A DNA stretch of 64,000 nucleotides from Monocercomonoides exilis PA203 (taxonomy: Eukaryota > Protista > Preaxostyla): contig LSRY02000038.1 in the NCBI GenBank assembly GCA_001643675.2, forward strand, positions 310,001 to 374,000. Reading direction: 5' to 3'. Of this stretch, positions 50,422 through 61,539 are shown piece after piece. Under the pieces are notes generated by a model. The model was not told where the DNA came from and did no database searches. It was given only the letters and a program-made list of their open reading frames with translations. The translations under genes and the position numbers were made by a program. Each line of letters starts with the position of its first letter. Position 1 is the first letter of the stretch.

Positions 50422-51274
50422 AGAGATACTGTATACCCGCTATGGATCCATCTCGATGATGTCAATCAATATTATCTATTTATGAATGTCTGATGGTTAT
50501 TATCATCTAGTATAATAAGGAGGATAGACAATTATAATATGATAGAGATCGTTTTATGTATATCTGATGGTAGTCGTCATTTAGTGTAATAAGCTGGAAT
50601 AGGTGATGGTTATATGATAGAGATCATGAGGAGATTGCTGATACTCTTAGGTGTTTCTCATGATTAGATATTCAGTGATGTTCTATAAAGATGGAGTAAT
50701 TGATTGGTGTAATCGAGATATATCCATAGCGTGTATACCATATCTCCAAGAAGGAGAATTAGCTAAAACATTAACTGGAAGTGTTCAAGTTGGTAAATTA
50801 GTGTTGAACCTATGCCGAAAATTGATGTTTTCGTTGATGAAATACATGAGTTGAACATGAGTTGAACATGAGTTGAACATGAGTTGAACATGAGTTGAAC
50901 ATGAGTTGAACATGAGTTGAACATGAGTTGAACATGAGTTGATATCGTTGATGTTATTGTTGGTGTGAAAATTGATGTGACCGTTTGTGAAATCGTAAAT
51001 AAAAATAGTTGATTTTGTTTTTTGTTTTATAGTAAATGGGTCGGAAGAAGATATACGCAACTGTGGAAGAAGCGAAAGCGGCTCAATAGAAACAAATTAA
51101 ACAGTTTCAGGAAAAACGTAAGGAAGAAACTAAGTATCACAACGAACATGTGTCTGAAAAACAGAAGAAATTGATTTAGATTCTGAGGAGAAAGCTTATC
51201 GAAAGTGATGAGCTGTTAGATGAGTTGATGGAAAAAGTTAATGGTTGTTTTCCTGCACCGTGTGGACAGGTTAA
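50422..51274 (+). repeat. Left TIR (853 bp)
   Basis: Near-perfect reverse complement of 54426-55311. Confidence 0.95.
50845..50942 (+). repeat. 11-bp tandem array (CATGAGTTGAA), 8 full units plus 1 partial
   Basis: Directly visible; no spacers. Confidence 0.95.
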
Positions 51275-51287
51275 GCTGTACATGTGA
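51036..51287 (+). pseudogene. Small basic/coiled-coil ORF inside left TIR, with two in-frame TAG codons
   Basis: MGRKKIYATVEEAKAAQ*KQIKQFQEKRKEETKYHNEHVSEKQKKLI*ILRRKLIESDELLDELMEKV...; TAG at 51087 and 51177. Confidence 0.6.
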
Positions 51288-51775
51288 TGTGTAAATTGAA
51301 GAAACATAACAAGTGGTACACGTTATTTGTGTCGTAGGTTGTTTCAAACAGTGTCCACTGTGGCGTTGTGGTGGATTGCCAACATCTATATTTTTTGAAC
51401 AAATGGCAATGAAGTGGATTTCCACATCGATGTTTTTCACATGATTTGGGGTTTATTTTGGTGTATTTAGCTTGAAAAAGTGTAAATCGGTAGACAGGAT
51501 ACCAAATTGTGGAAATATCGAGATGCTGGGGGAAGGGAAATATTGAGTTAAATCTCCGTGCTGGAAGCGTAGTCAGGTAGTCAGGTAGTCAGGATTTTTT
51601 AAGTTCATCTGAAAAGAGCTGCCAACATGAGCATTTTACCTCTAATTTACTATGATTTTGAGGGTTTTTATTTATTTTCGACTATGTTGTCACTCTGCCA
51701 CATTGCCACATGGTATCGTTGATGGCACACATTGTTTATTCGTTGGTGGCACACACTTTTTGTGTAGTTTGTGTA

Positions 51776-54145
51776 TTAATGATTCCAAAAATACGAATGT
51801 GTTTTGTTGATTTCCACAGAACAGTCCATGTCATCTTCATCTTCTCTTCGTTTGAGGAGTTGTTCGTACTCTGGCTTGAGTTTGTAATGCAACACTCGGC
51901 CTTCTTTTCCACCAATTCTCTTGTGCTCACATCTGTCTTTAATTTCCAGTTGGAATGAGCGATCGTTCTTGTATTCAACTGGTCTGAAACAAAGTGCTTC
52001 AGAATATCTTCACACTTCTTTGAACTTAATGAAATGCTCCTGACAGAACACATCGATGACGGAGAGTGATGCTGCAATGATATCTTCCTTTGCCTCAGTT
52101 GTTGGGATAACCCTTGTGTTGAAATTGGTGAGATATTTGCTGAGGAAATAACAGAGAAGTTGTTCATAGAATTCATAGTCGAAAGAGCTTGTGAAATCTT
52201 TGAAGAATGTGAGATTGTTCTTGTATTTTGAGTAACAATCACAAACAACACATATCCTGTTGCCGATCTCAATCTTTGCCGTGTATGTGTGATCTGTCAC
52301 AAATATGAAATTAGCTACGTTCTCAGCTGTTCTTCTTGGCTGATTCTTCTCATTGACTCTGATTGATGAATCTGTGATTACACTCTTCAATGCATCAAAG
52401 TTAGCTGTTCGATCATCTCCAACATTCTTCAATTCGTCGAGTACAATCAGCATTTTACCTTCGACGATGGAGTTGAACTGTCCTGTCAGTTCTGTAATCT
52501 CTGTGACATTTGCACATGAATATCCTGCCAACAGTTCAGCAAGAACATTTGTCCAGACATTCTTTCCAATACCTTGCAAACCTTTGAGAACAAGTGATGT
52601 TTCTGCTTTTTTTCCAGGATTTTGAACAATTGACAAAATCCAACAGAGGATGTATTGATAGAGTTCATCGTTGTTGTTGGCAATAACATCTCGTGTGAAA
52701 TCAAGGAATGGTTTGATTGTTTCATCATTTTGTTCGTTTGCAATTTCGTATTTGAACCCATGGAACAGAGAGAATATTCGAGGGTTATTTGAGTGAAGCT
52801 TCACCCCATCAATTGATAGAACATGAGAGTATTGTTCGAAAGCTGTCTCAACTGAGAGAGTCTTTTTATCATCATGCAAGAGTTTTATTGTTTTTAGGAG
52901 TTCGTTCATTGCTGATTTTGTCTTGAATGTTATCGAATAACAAGAGGAGTGAATGTCAAACTCTTTCACAATGAATTCCATCCTTGCTTCCACAAACCTC
53001 AGAACTTTTGTGAGATCTTCGGCGACTTCCGACAGTGTGGAGTATTGTTTTCGACAAGCTTTATCCCTGATTTCAGAGAATGAGAACGATGAGTTGAGAT
53101 CTGTTTCATGAACAGTAATCTCTCGTGGAGGTTCTTCCTTTTTCTCATTCTCTTTTCTGAGGAGTGGAATGATCACATCGTTGTTATATGTTTGATTCAA
53201 TCTCTTGACAATCTTTTGAAGAACAAATGGATGTTTCTTGTTGTCTCTGTATCTGTTTCATTTCTCTTCAAAGCGAGTGATTGCATTTGCTGTCAGAGCA
53301 ACTGTCTCTCTGATTTGAGTGAAAAGAAAATCAATCGATTCGTTGTCGAAACAGTTAATGTTGACGAGGGAGTTGAGAGCTGTAAATTACAGGAAAAAAG
53401 TTAACTCAGAATCATGTGACAATGAACCTATGTCATTATGTATTTCAACATCTTTGAGTCAATCAACAAGAGCAAGAGCAACAGTTGGAAACATATCAAC
53501 GACACCATCTTGTGTGAGAAGATTGTGTGGTTCAGCTGCCATTGTCGCTGATGTATTATCTGTTTTGAGGTCAATACCGAACACGTCAAGAACACTTTCG
53601 AGTGATGAAAAATCTGTGAGCTCTCTGTAATTGTTGAGGGGAATGTATTTGGTGATGATTCTCTTGCCGTCTTTCATCTCTCTGTATGAAGAGTCAGCTT
53701 GAACAACAAGTCTCTGTTTTCCATCCCCAATACCTGCAAAAATGTCGATATCGTTCTCTGGACTCGTGAGCACTTTGGTTTGTGATGAACATTTGAGGGG
53801 ATAACCATACAGCTCACAATAAATGTGAAGACCACCATGAGCTGTTTGTGCAAGTCCGACATTTCGGGGGAGTTTGTCGAGAATGGAATTCCTGATCGTT
53901 TTCGTTTGTTCAGCTTGAAGGCATTTGTTGATATCAACATCAACGACACAAAGATCCTCACATTTGCTGATATCGACAGCTGTTCCAGTGTATCGTTGAC
54001 ACTGCTTCTTGTCAGAGTATTTCTTGTAGTCGAACAAGTCAACAAGGTGATCTTTCATTCGTTCTCCCAGCGTTTGCTGTTCTGTTGACATTGAATCAAT
54101 TAGTTGTTGGATCACGTTGTCAGAGTCTGGTTAGGGGTTTGTCAT
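51776..54145 (-). pseudogene. Prim-Pol (AEP) primase fused to D5-like superfamily 3 helicase; 790 codons in one frame with 5 internal stops
   Basis: AEP motifs LCVVDVD, QTAHGGLHIY and DIDIF; Walker A GLQGIGKN, Walker B LIVLDE, motif C region NFIFVTDH. ATG at 54145; stops at 54131-54133 TAA, 53459-53461 TGA, 53387-53389 TAA, 53258-53260 TGA and 52010-52012 TGA; terminal TAA at 51776-51778. Confidence 0.9.
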
Positions 54146-54382
54146 ATTATAATAATAAAAAAACACATTTTTTTGTAACAGATTTATTTTTGAAACGTGC
54201 ATTCTCGGGGAAGATGATATTGAGGTTAATGTTGAACTTTGACGGGGAACAGTTAATTTTCACATATAATGTATTTTGCCCAATTTGCTCAGTTTGCCCG
54301 TTTGCCCACATATTTTGTAGAAAATAATTGACCCTGTGCACCCTGTGCATACTGTGCAGACGTTAAAGCACGGAGATTTAAC

Positions 54383-54664
54383 TCAATATTTCCACACTAC
54401 AGCATCACTCACATGACATGCCCAATTAACCTGTCCACACGGTGCAGGCAAATAACCATTAACTTTTTCAATCAACTCATCTAACAGCTCATCACTTTCG
54501 ATAAGCTTTCTCCTCAGAATCTAAATCAATTTCTTCTGTTTTTCAGACACATGTTCGTTGTGATACTTAGTTTCTTCCTTACGTTTTTCCTGAAACTGTT
54601 TAATTTGTTTCTATTGAGCCGCTTTCGCTTCTTCCACAGTTGCGTATATCTTCTTCCGACCCAT
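54383..54664 (-). pseudogene. Second copy of the TIR small ORF, upstream of and co-oriented with the primase-helicase
   Basis: Same sequence and the same two TAGs; the C-terminus differs once it runs beyond the TIR. Confidence 0.6.
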
Positions 54665-55311
54665 TTACTATAAAACAAAAAACAAAATCAACTATTTTTA
54701 TTTACGATTTCACAAACGGTCACATCAATTTTCACACCAACAATAACATCAACGATATCAACTCATGTTCAACTCATGTTCAACTCATGTTCAACTCATG
54801 TTCAACTCATGTTCAACTCATGTTCAACTCATGTTCAACTCATGTTCAACTCATGTTCAACTCATGTTCAACTCATGTTCAACTCATGTATTTCATCAAC
54901 GAAAACATCAATTTTCGGCATAGGTTCAACACTAATTTACCAACTTGAACACTTCCAGTTAATGTTTTAGCTAATTCTCCTTCTTGGAGATATGGTATAC
55001 ACGCTATGGATATATCTCGATTACACCAATCAATTACTCCATCTTTATAGAACATCACTGAATATCTAATCATGAGAAACACCTAAGAGTATCAGCAATC
55101 TCCTCATGATCTCTATCATATAACCATCACCTATTCCAGCTTATTACACTAAATGACGACTACCATCAGATATACATAAAACGATCTCTATCATATTATA
55201 ATTGTCTATCCTCCTTATTATACTAGATGATAATAACCATCAGACATTCATAAATAGATAATATTGATTGACATCATCGAGATGGATCCATAGCGGGTAT
55301 ACAGTATCTCT
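54426..55311 (-). repeat. Right TIR (886 bp), containing the 11-bp array with 11 full units plus 1 partial (54758-54888)
   Basis: The 33-bp length difference from the left TIR equals three array units. Confidence 0.95.
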
Positions 55312-55563
55312 CAAATGTTGAAGAAGAAGAAGAAGAAAGAGAAGGAGAAGACGATAAAAACGAAGGAGATGCTGGAAAATATGAAATAAAAATAAATTAT
55401 TATTGTTAAAGTTCATTTTCGAAGCAAACAGATAAGATATTTCCAATCGAATGATGAAATAAATAATAAATAATCTTTTTAGCAGTTTTTTGAATGGAAA
55501 GTGTATGCTCAGAAGAAATGAACCTTTTTCCCCCCCAATAACTACAAATGAATGAAATAATCA

Positions 55564-57030
55564 CTAGGATTTCAAGAAATATAAAATCTTTTTTTTCATT
55601 TCTTCTAGCATCGCATAATTCTCGATCATGGTGTCTTCGTATCCCTCTTCTTCCATCTTTTCAAACACATTTCTTTTTGTCATTTTTCTTTTTGCTTCTT
55701 CAGTTTCATCGTACTCTTTTTCTTTCAATTTTTCTGAAACATTCAAGAAAAATGTCAAGCATTCACATTCCATTTCGCTTTCTATCATTGGCTGCTGAAT
55801 CTCCTCCAAACAGAGATTAATATCTCCGCCTTTCAGCAAGCCATCAACTCCCACTGCTCTGTATTCCACTGCACTGAGCAATGTGTAAATGCATTGGCTG
55901 CCAATTTCCCTGTGATTATCCTTTGCTGCTCGAAACAACTGAACTATGCTCCAAAAAAGCCCAATAAGTTCTTCATACTTCATTCGACAACTTTAAAAAT
56001 AAATAACTAACGTTTGAAGCCATCTTATCTAAATATGCTCTTCTTTCGTTTCTTTTCCTCGTTCCACTTCTTTCTTCTTCCAATCAACTCTTCTTGTCAA
56101 ATCTTCCAGTTCTCTTCTTGCTTCTCTCACAAAATGCAGCTCATTCACAATCAGTCCTTCAAGACTTTTGCTTTCGTAAAATCTTCCCATCAAAAACTTC
56201 CAAGCTGATTGATACGCCAGATGTGATAGATTTCTGCATTCTTGATGGTATTGGATGATCTCTCTGATTTCATTCAAATACAGTTTCTGCTCGAGAAACT
56301 TAAAAACAAATGTGAAAAATTACAGCAACATCAAAAATGAAATAGAAATGTTCATACATCATTATCATTAATGCAGCTCAAAGCCAACAAAGCCATTTCC
56401 ACTTCTTTTTGAGCTTCCTCGCTTTCCTCTTTCTTCAACGCAACTTTCAAAAGGCAAGGCACACAAATTTGAAGCAAGCTAAATAGGTAGAGGAAGCTTT
56501 GAGTAATATAGCATTCACAGGAATCAATTAAAAGCTTTTCGTTCTTTTCTTCCATATTCTCATTTTCATCAATTATCATCTCTCTTATTCTTTTGACCAA
56601 TAATGATTCATCAAAAGAATATAAAAAAAAGCATTTCAATTTCTTTATACAACCCGCTTGCTTCAATAGCACAGCTGATTTTTCAAATGATAATTTCTTT
56701 TCTTCAATCATTTGATCTATTCTGTTGAACAGCTCAACCGTGAAAACCTGTCTAAATTCTTCTTCATCCATTTCATCAACCATTTCATTCATTTCAAGGA
56801 TTTTAACTTTCTGTTCTATTTCTGGGCAGTCTTCCAGCTCATAAAACAATTCTGTAAAGATTTAATAAAAATTTCAAAAATACACAAAATTTCACAACTT
56901 CAAAACCAAAATCGAAGATGAGCAAATTTGTGAACATGTGTGTGATAGGCGTTTCTCGGATTTCGTCTTTGGTCACATCATCAGAGTCCTCTTTCATTCT
57001 TATTGAAAAAACGGCATGTTCAGTTTGCAT
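55564..57030 (-). pseudogene. Expanded family copy B' with two in-frame stops in the last exon
   Basis: The 5' part is nearly identical to copy B. The last exon reads EEHI*IRWLQTLVIYF*SCRMKYEEL (TAG at 56029, TAA at ~55993) and continues in frame to KMEEEGYEDTMI. Confidence 0.8.
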
Positions 57031-60000
57031 GGCAAAGCGCTTCAAAAAGAAGGAAAATGAAAAAGCACAAACGATGAGTTTGCATCAGAAAACAAAGCAG
57101 AAGCAACGGTTGCATCATGCGCGTTTTGGTAAGAGCTGGAAATCAAGTGTTGCATTGATCATTTTTCCTTAATAGAAGAAGTATTCATCTTTTTTTTTTC
57201 ACTTTTTCTTGAATAACTCGATATCATGAAGTTAATGAAAGAACAAATATGGAGTTAACGAAAAGAAAAATCAGAAATTATTTGGAGAAAATGAAAATGA
57301 GTGTATTGGCGTTTGTTTTCAAATTCGAAGTTGAATAATGAATTCAGAGGAGGATTGACAAAATGAAAAGAGATAAAATTCCAAAAGATGCTCAAAAGTC
57401 TGTTTCTTGTTTCGCCTCATAAAAAGAAAATAATAATCTTGTTTGTATTGAGGAAAGGGGAAAACAAATTTTTATATTTTTGCTGAGAAACAGAATGAAT
57501 AAATACTTCTCGAAAAAGTGAACAGGCATGACATTTGAAGAAGTCAAGCAAAACAAAGGATTTTCTTCCTTGCCGTTGAATCACAAATGATTTTGTGAAA
57601 TACACTGAGGCAATTGAATTGTTTTCTCGACAAGTCTGAAATCGCTTTGAAAATATCAAAGCATGATTGTTGATGAAAAGAAAAAGAAAGAAATAGACAA
57701 CGAAAGAGAAACACAAAATCAAAAATGTGATTGTTGGAAAGAAACAGATGCAAACAGCAAAAAGAAAATTATTATTTTTTCGCCATCATCTTCTCCTCCT
57801 CCTTCTTTTCTCTTCCAAAATACACTGACAACATTTCTTTTGCTCAATAAAGAAGTTGGAAATCCTCAATGGGTATTTTCTTCTTCTTTTCTTTTCTGAT
57901 TCTGCGTATCCTTCATCAGGTTCAGCAAGCTCTGTTGCAATGACCACACTCTCAAGGCAGCTGATCCACCAGAAGCAACAAGGCATCACGAATGATAGGC
58001 AGCTCGGAAATAACAAAAGAGAGCTCCGGAAATCACTGACGGTAAACCAAATAACAGGAAATGATAGAAATGATTTTTCTTTTGCTGCAGGAATTAGGAA
58101 GTGTGTGGTGTCCTGCTCCCTTAACAATATCGATGGGATGCATGCCACAGTCAGTATCAGGAAGTCAACACAACTCCTTTCATATTCTCTGCATCTTCTT
58201 TATCTCCTTTGTCTTCTGGTATTGTGTCTTTGCTCATATTTCCTCTGTCAATTTTTCAAGTCTCATGCGATTTCCATTTGGCATGTCTGTTTCAATCCCA
58301 GTTGCGTAATTATCTTAGGAATAAAAGACAGGTTTGGAACGGCAAAGTTCAATTAATATTATTTATAAAGATTAATTGAATATATAAATATAAAAAGAGG
58401 GGGAAGAAGAAGATGATGATGATGAAGACATTTGACAATTGAAGCAAATGAAATGGGGCTTCCGAGGAAGGAAGGGATGCTCATCTTTCTGTGCTTGAAG
58501 GACGTGGCTCTTCGGCTTGCATGATTGGAAGGTATCAAATGTCAACGAGATTGCGGATGAGGAAGATAAATCCTGATGAAAATAAAGAAAATGAGTTGGC
58601 TGTGCTTCAACAACAAGGAGGAAGATAAATGGAAAGGTTGGCATTAATTCATCGATGCTCATGCTGTGATTGCAATGCATTTGAAATGCATTCTCTGATG
58701 CACAATGCACAAAATATAATGGACCATGCGCTGACATAGAAGCTGAGCGAAACAACAGCTTTGTTGAAAAACAAACGATGAAAACAAAAGCCATCGAATT
58801 CTCTTTCATTGGCTGTGGCAACAAAGAAAGCAAACTTCGAGTGATAATCGCCTTGCTTGCTCAAAATGGCTGCCTCTTCGAATAATGAAATCCAGTTGAA
58901 GTCGAACAGAATGTTGTTCGAATGCCAAAAAAACCCGACATTTTGATGCCTCGTTGATGATGTTTCCAATCTGTTTTGAAGCAAAAGCGGAATCAGAAAT
59001 AGAATTTCGTCGCTTTCCATGTCTGTCTGGCACAGTTCGAGAAACAGGAAAACAAAAAAAAAATTATTATTGATATTTTGGGGCTTTCATTTTTTCATTG
59101 ATTTTTTGCTTGTTTTTGCGATTAATGTCCTTCCCTCGATATTGCCAGTTGCTTTCCTTGCCAAAAAAGCTTCTCCTTTGCCTTATGCTCCAAAATTCTA
59201 TATAATTTTTATGCAGATTTTGTCCTTCACAGAATTCCATCCATAAATCTTCATTCAATAAAGCATCAGTTGAATTTGTTTTCATCTCTTGCACCTAATA
59301 ATAAATTATGAAAATCATGTATCTGGGTAACTTCATTTGTTTCCCAATTGCTATATAATAATCAGCTCTATTCTCATCGCATTGCTCTCCAAAGAGGAAA
59401 TAGGCCATTTCAACAATAACTCATATTCCTGCACTCTGGAGAGGATACAGATGGAAATATCTTCACAACAAATAGAACAATAAAAAATACACATTCTTCT
59501 TCTTTTTTTTTGTGTGAGTAATTGATAAAATTGTTGTGTTACCATTGGTTATCCAATTGACAAAAATTATCAGACAGAATTTCAAAAATATTGCATTGCC
59601 TCATTTCTTGTTGTTTCCACAGGAATTAATATTCCTTGTTCTAAAGGTTATGTTCACCCACGGAATTCTCAATCAGTGAATGCATAATTCCAGTTCTTTC
59701 AAATCTGATGATCATGGAATCCATAACAACAAACTGAGAAATAACAAAGCGTTCTTTTGCTTCTTAAACACAAGTCGAAAATGACCTCGCAAGAAAGAAT
59801 GGTTTGTATGAGTTTATTTATCAACTTATTTTGATTTAATTTGTCATGTATTTCTTTAATCCTTATGTGTGAATTTTTAATTTGAATGGAAATATTATTG
59901 TTGTTTTCCGGCTGCAATATATTTTCAAAAATGCAGGCAACTGGCGCCACAAAAAAGTTCAATAGTTTGCATTCATTTTTGCATTTTAATTCTTATATAT

Positions 60001-60670
60001 TGAATTTCTTTCTTTGAAGAATTATATTCAAAACTGGAGCATTACAGCGAAGATGAGCAGAAACATAAAATCATTGAAATGAATGAAGTTATTGATAAAA
60101 TGGATGAAGAAGAATTTGAATCAGTTTTCACAAAAGAGATGTTTGATAAAATAGACAAAATGATTGAAGAAAGGAAAATATCGATGGAAAATGCAATTTT
60201 GTTGTTGAAGAACATTGGATACTTCAACGCATTGTGCATTATTTTGAGTACTTCTTTTGGAAGTTCTTCATTGGGCAAGAGATTTGAGAAGATGATTGTT
60301 GAAGAAGAACAGAAAAAAGAAGGGAAAAATGAAAAGCTTCTTGTTGACCTTTGCGAATGCATTCCTTTGCTTAGCTTTTCCTCTTCATCGGAATTGTTTT
60401 TAATTTGTGTGCCTTGTCTTCTGAAAGTTGCATTGAACAAGGAGGAAAGCAAAGAAGCACAAAAAGACGTGGAAATGGATTTGTTAGCTTTGAGCTGCAT
60501 TTGTGAATATTATGTATGAGCATAGATGCTACACTTTTGATGTTATTATAACTTTTTTTTTGAATGTTTTAAGAAAGTGCCAAAAGAATTGTATTTAAAT
60601 GAAATCAAAGAGATCATCAAATATCATCAAGAGCATTGCAACTTGACACGACTTGCCTATCAGTCTGCTT
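56102..60670. repeat. Right arm of inverted segmental duplication (partner 1-4535)
   Basis: See left arm. Confidence 0.9.
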
Positions 60671-61209
60671 GGCAGTTTTTATTTTGCAGATTGTTATGTG
60701 ATGGAAGATTGGAAGAAGTTATGGTGATTGAACTGCATTTTGTCGGAGAAGCAATAAGAGAACTGGAAGAGCTGACAAAATCCATTGATTGGAAGAGAAA
60801 CAAAGAAGAGAATGAAAAAGTAACGAAGGAAATGATTCATTTAGCGAGATGGCTAGTAACGCTGAAATTTTTCTTGGAATACTGTGAGTTACAGGATAAA
60901 GAACAAGTTGGCCTTATTAACCTCGTTGTTCAGATTTTTCAAGCCTCAAAGGATTATCAAATTGAAATGTGCAACTTTTGCATTTTTTTATTTGGAAGAG
61001 CAGCTGGTTGCAAAGCTGTGGAAATTGAAGACTTGTTGGAGAGCGGTGTCACTGATGTCATCTTGGAGGAAATTCAGCTTCCAACGTTGATGGACGATAT
61101 TGCCTTTGAAAGCTTGGCATTTTTTATGAATGTTTCAAGGGAATTTAATAAAAAAAGGAAAAATGAAATGAGAGAAGAAGAAGAAGAGGATGATGATGAT
61201 GAGGAGGAG

Positions 61210-61298
<89 letters not shown>

Positions 61299-61539
61299 GG
61301 AAGAAGAGGAAGAAGAGGAAGAAGAGGAAGAAGAATATGATGACGAAGAGAAGGATGAAGAGAAGGATGAAATAGAAGAAGCGAAAAGAAAGATGATGAA
61401 AATGAAGATGTTTGAAAAGATGGAAGAAGAAGGATACGAAGATATCATCACAAGCTTTTATGGAACATTTGAATTTTTTTGCAGAGCTTATTCTCCTAAT
61501 ATTCCGTTAGATATTTCAAATTATTTTTTAAATATTTGA
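59931..61539 (+). CDS. Expanded family gene, copy A' (exons 59931-59964, 60020-60513, 60574-61539) with in-frame poly-Glu expansion
   Basis: Same intron positions and phases as copies A and B; GAA/GAG tract at ~61174-61335. Confidence 0.8.

Larger units (their letters stand above)
50422..55311. mobile_element. 4.9-kb long-TIR element encoding a primase-helicase (Polinton/Maverick-related or transpoviron-like, non-autonomous)
   Basis: Ends are AGAGATACTGTATAC...GTATACAGTATCTCT. Flanks CAATTG (50416-50421) and CAAATG (55312-55317) form a possible 6-bp duplication with 1 mismatch. TIRs are 853 and 886 bp. Confidence 0.85.

Noticed and set aside
50845-54888. 11-bp arrays as a CRISPR array, or as coding repeats (NSCSTHVQLMF ORFs at 50785-51060 and 54640-54948)
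   Set aside because: There are no spacers and no cas genes. The ORFs arise because the repeat lacks stops on one strand.
55980-56040. Host-wide TAA/TAG=Gln code suggested by in-frame stops in copy B'
   Set aside because: These stops align with Leu and Glu/Gly in paralogues, and the 2472- and 2731-aa ORFs contain no internal TAA/TAG, so the host code appears standard.
1-60670. Whole interval as one giant transposon with 4.5-kb TIRs
   Set aside because: The arms consist of host family genes with uneven identity, and no defined termini or target duplication are visible. Segmental duplication is the simpler explanation.
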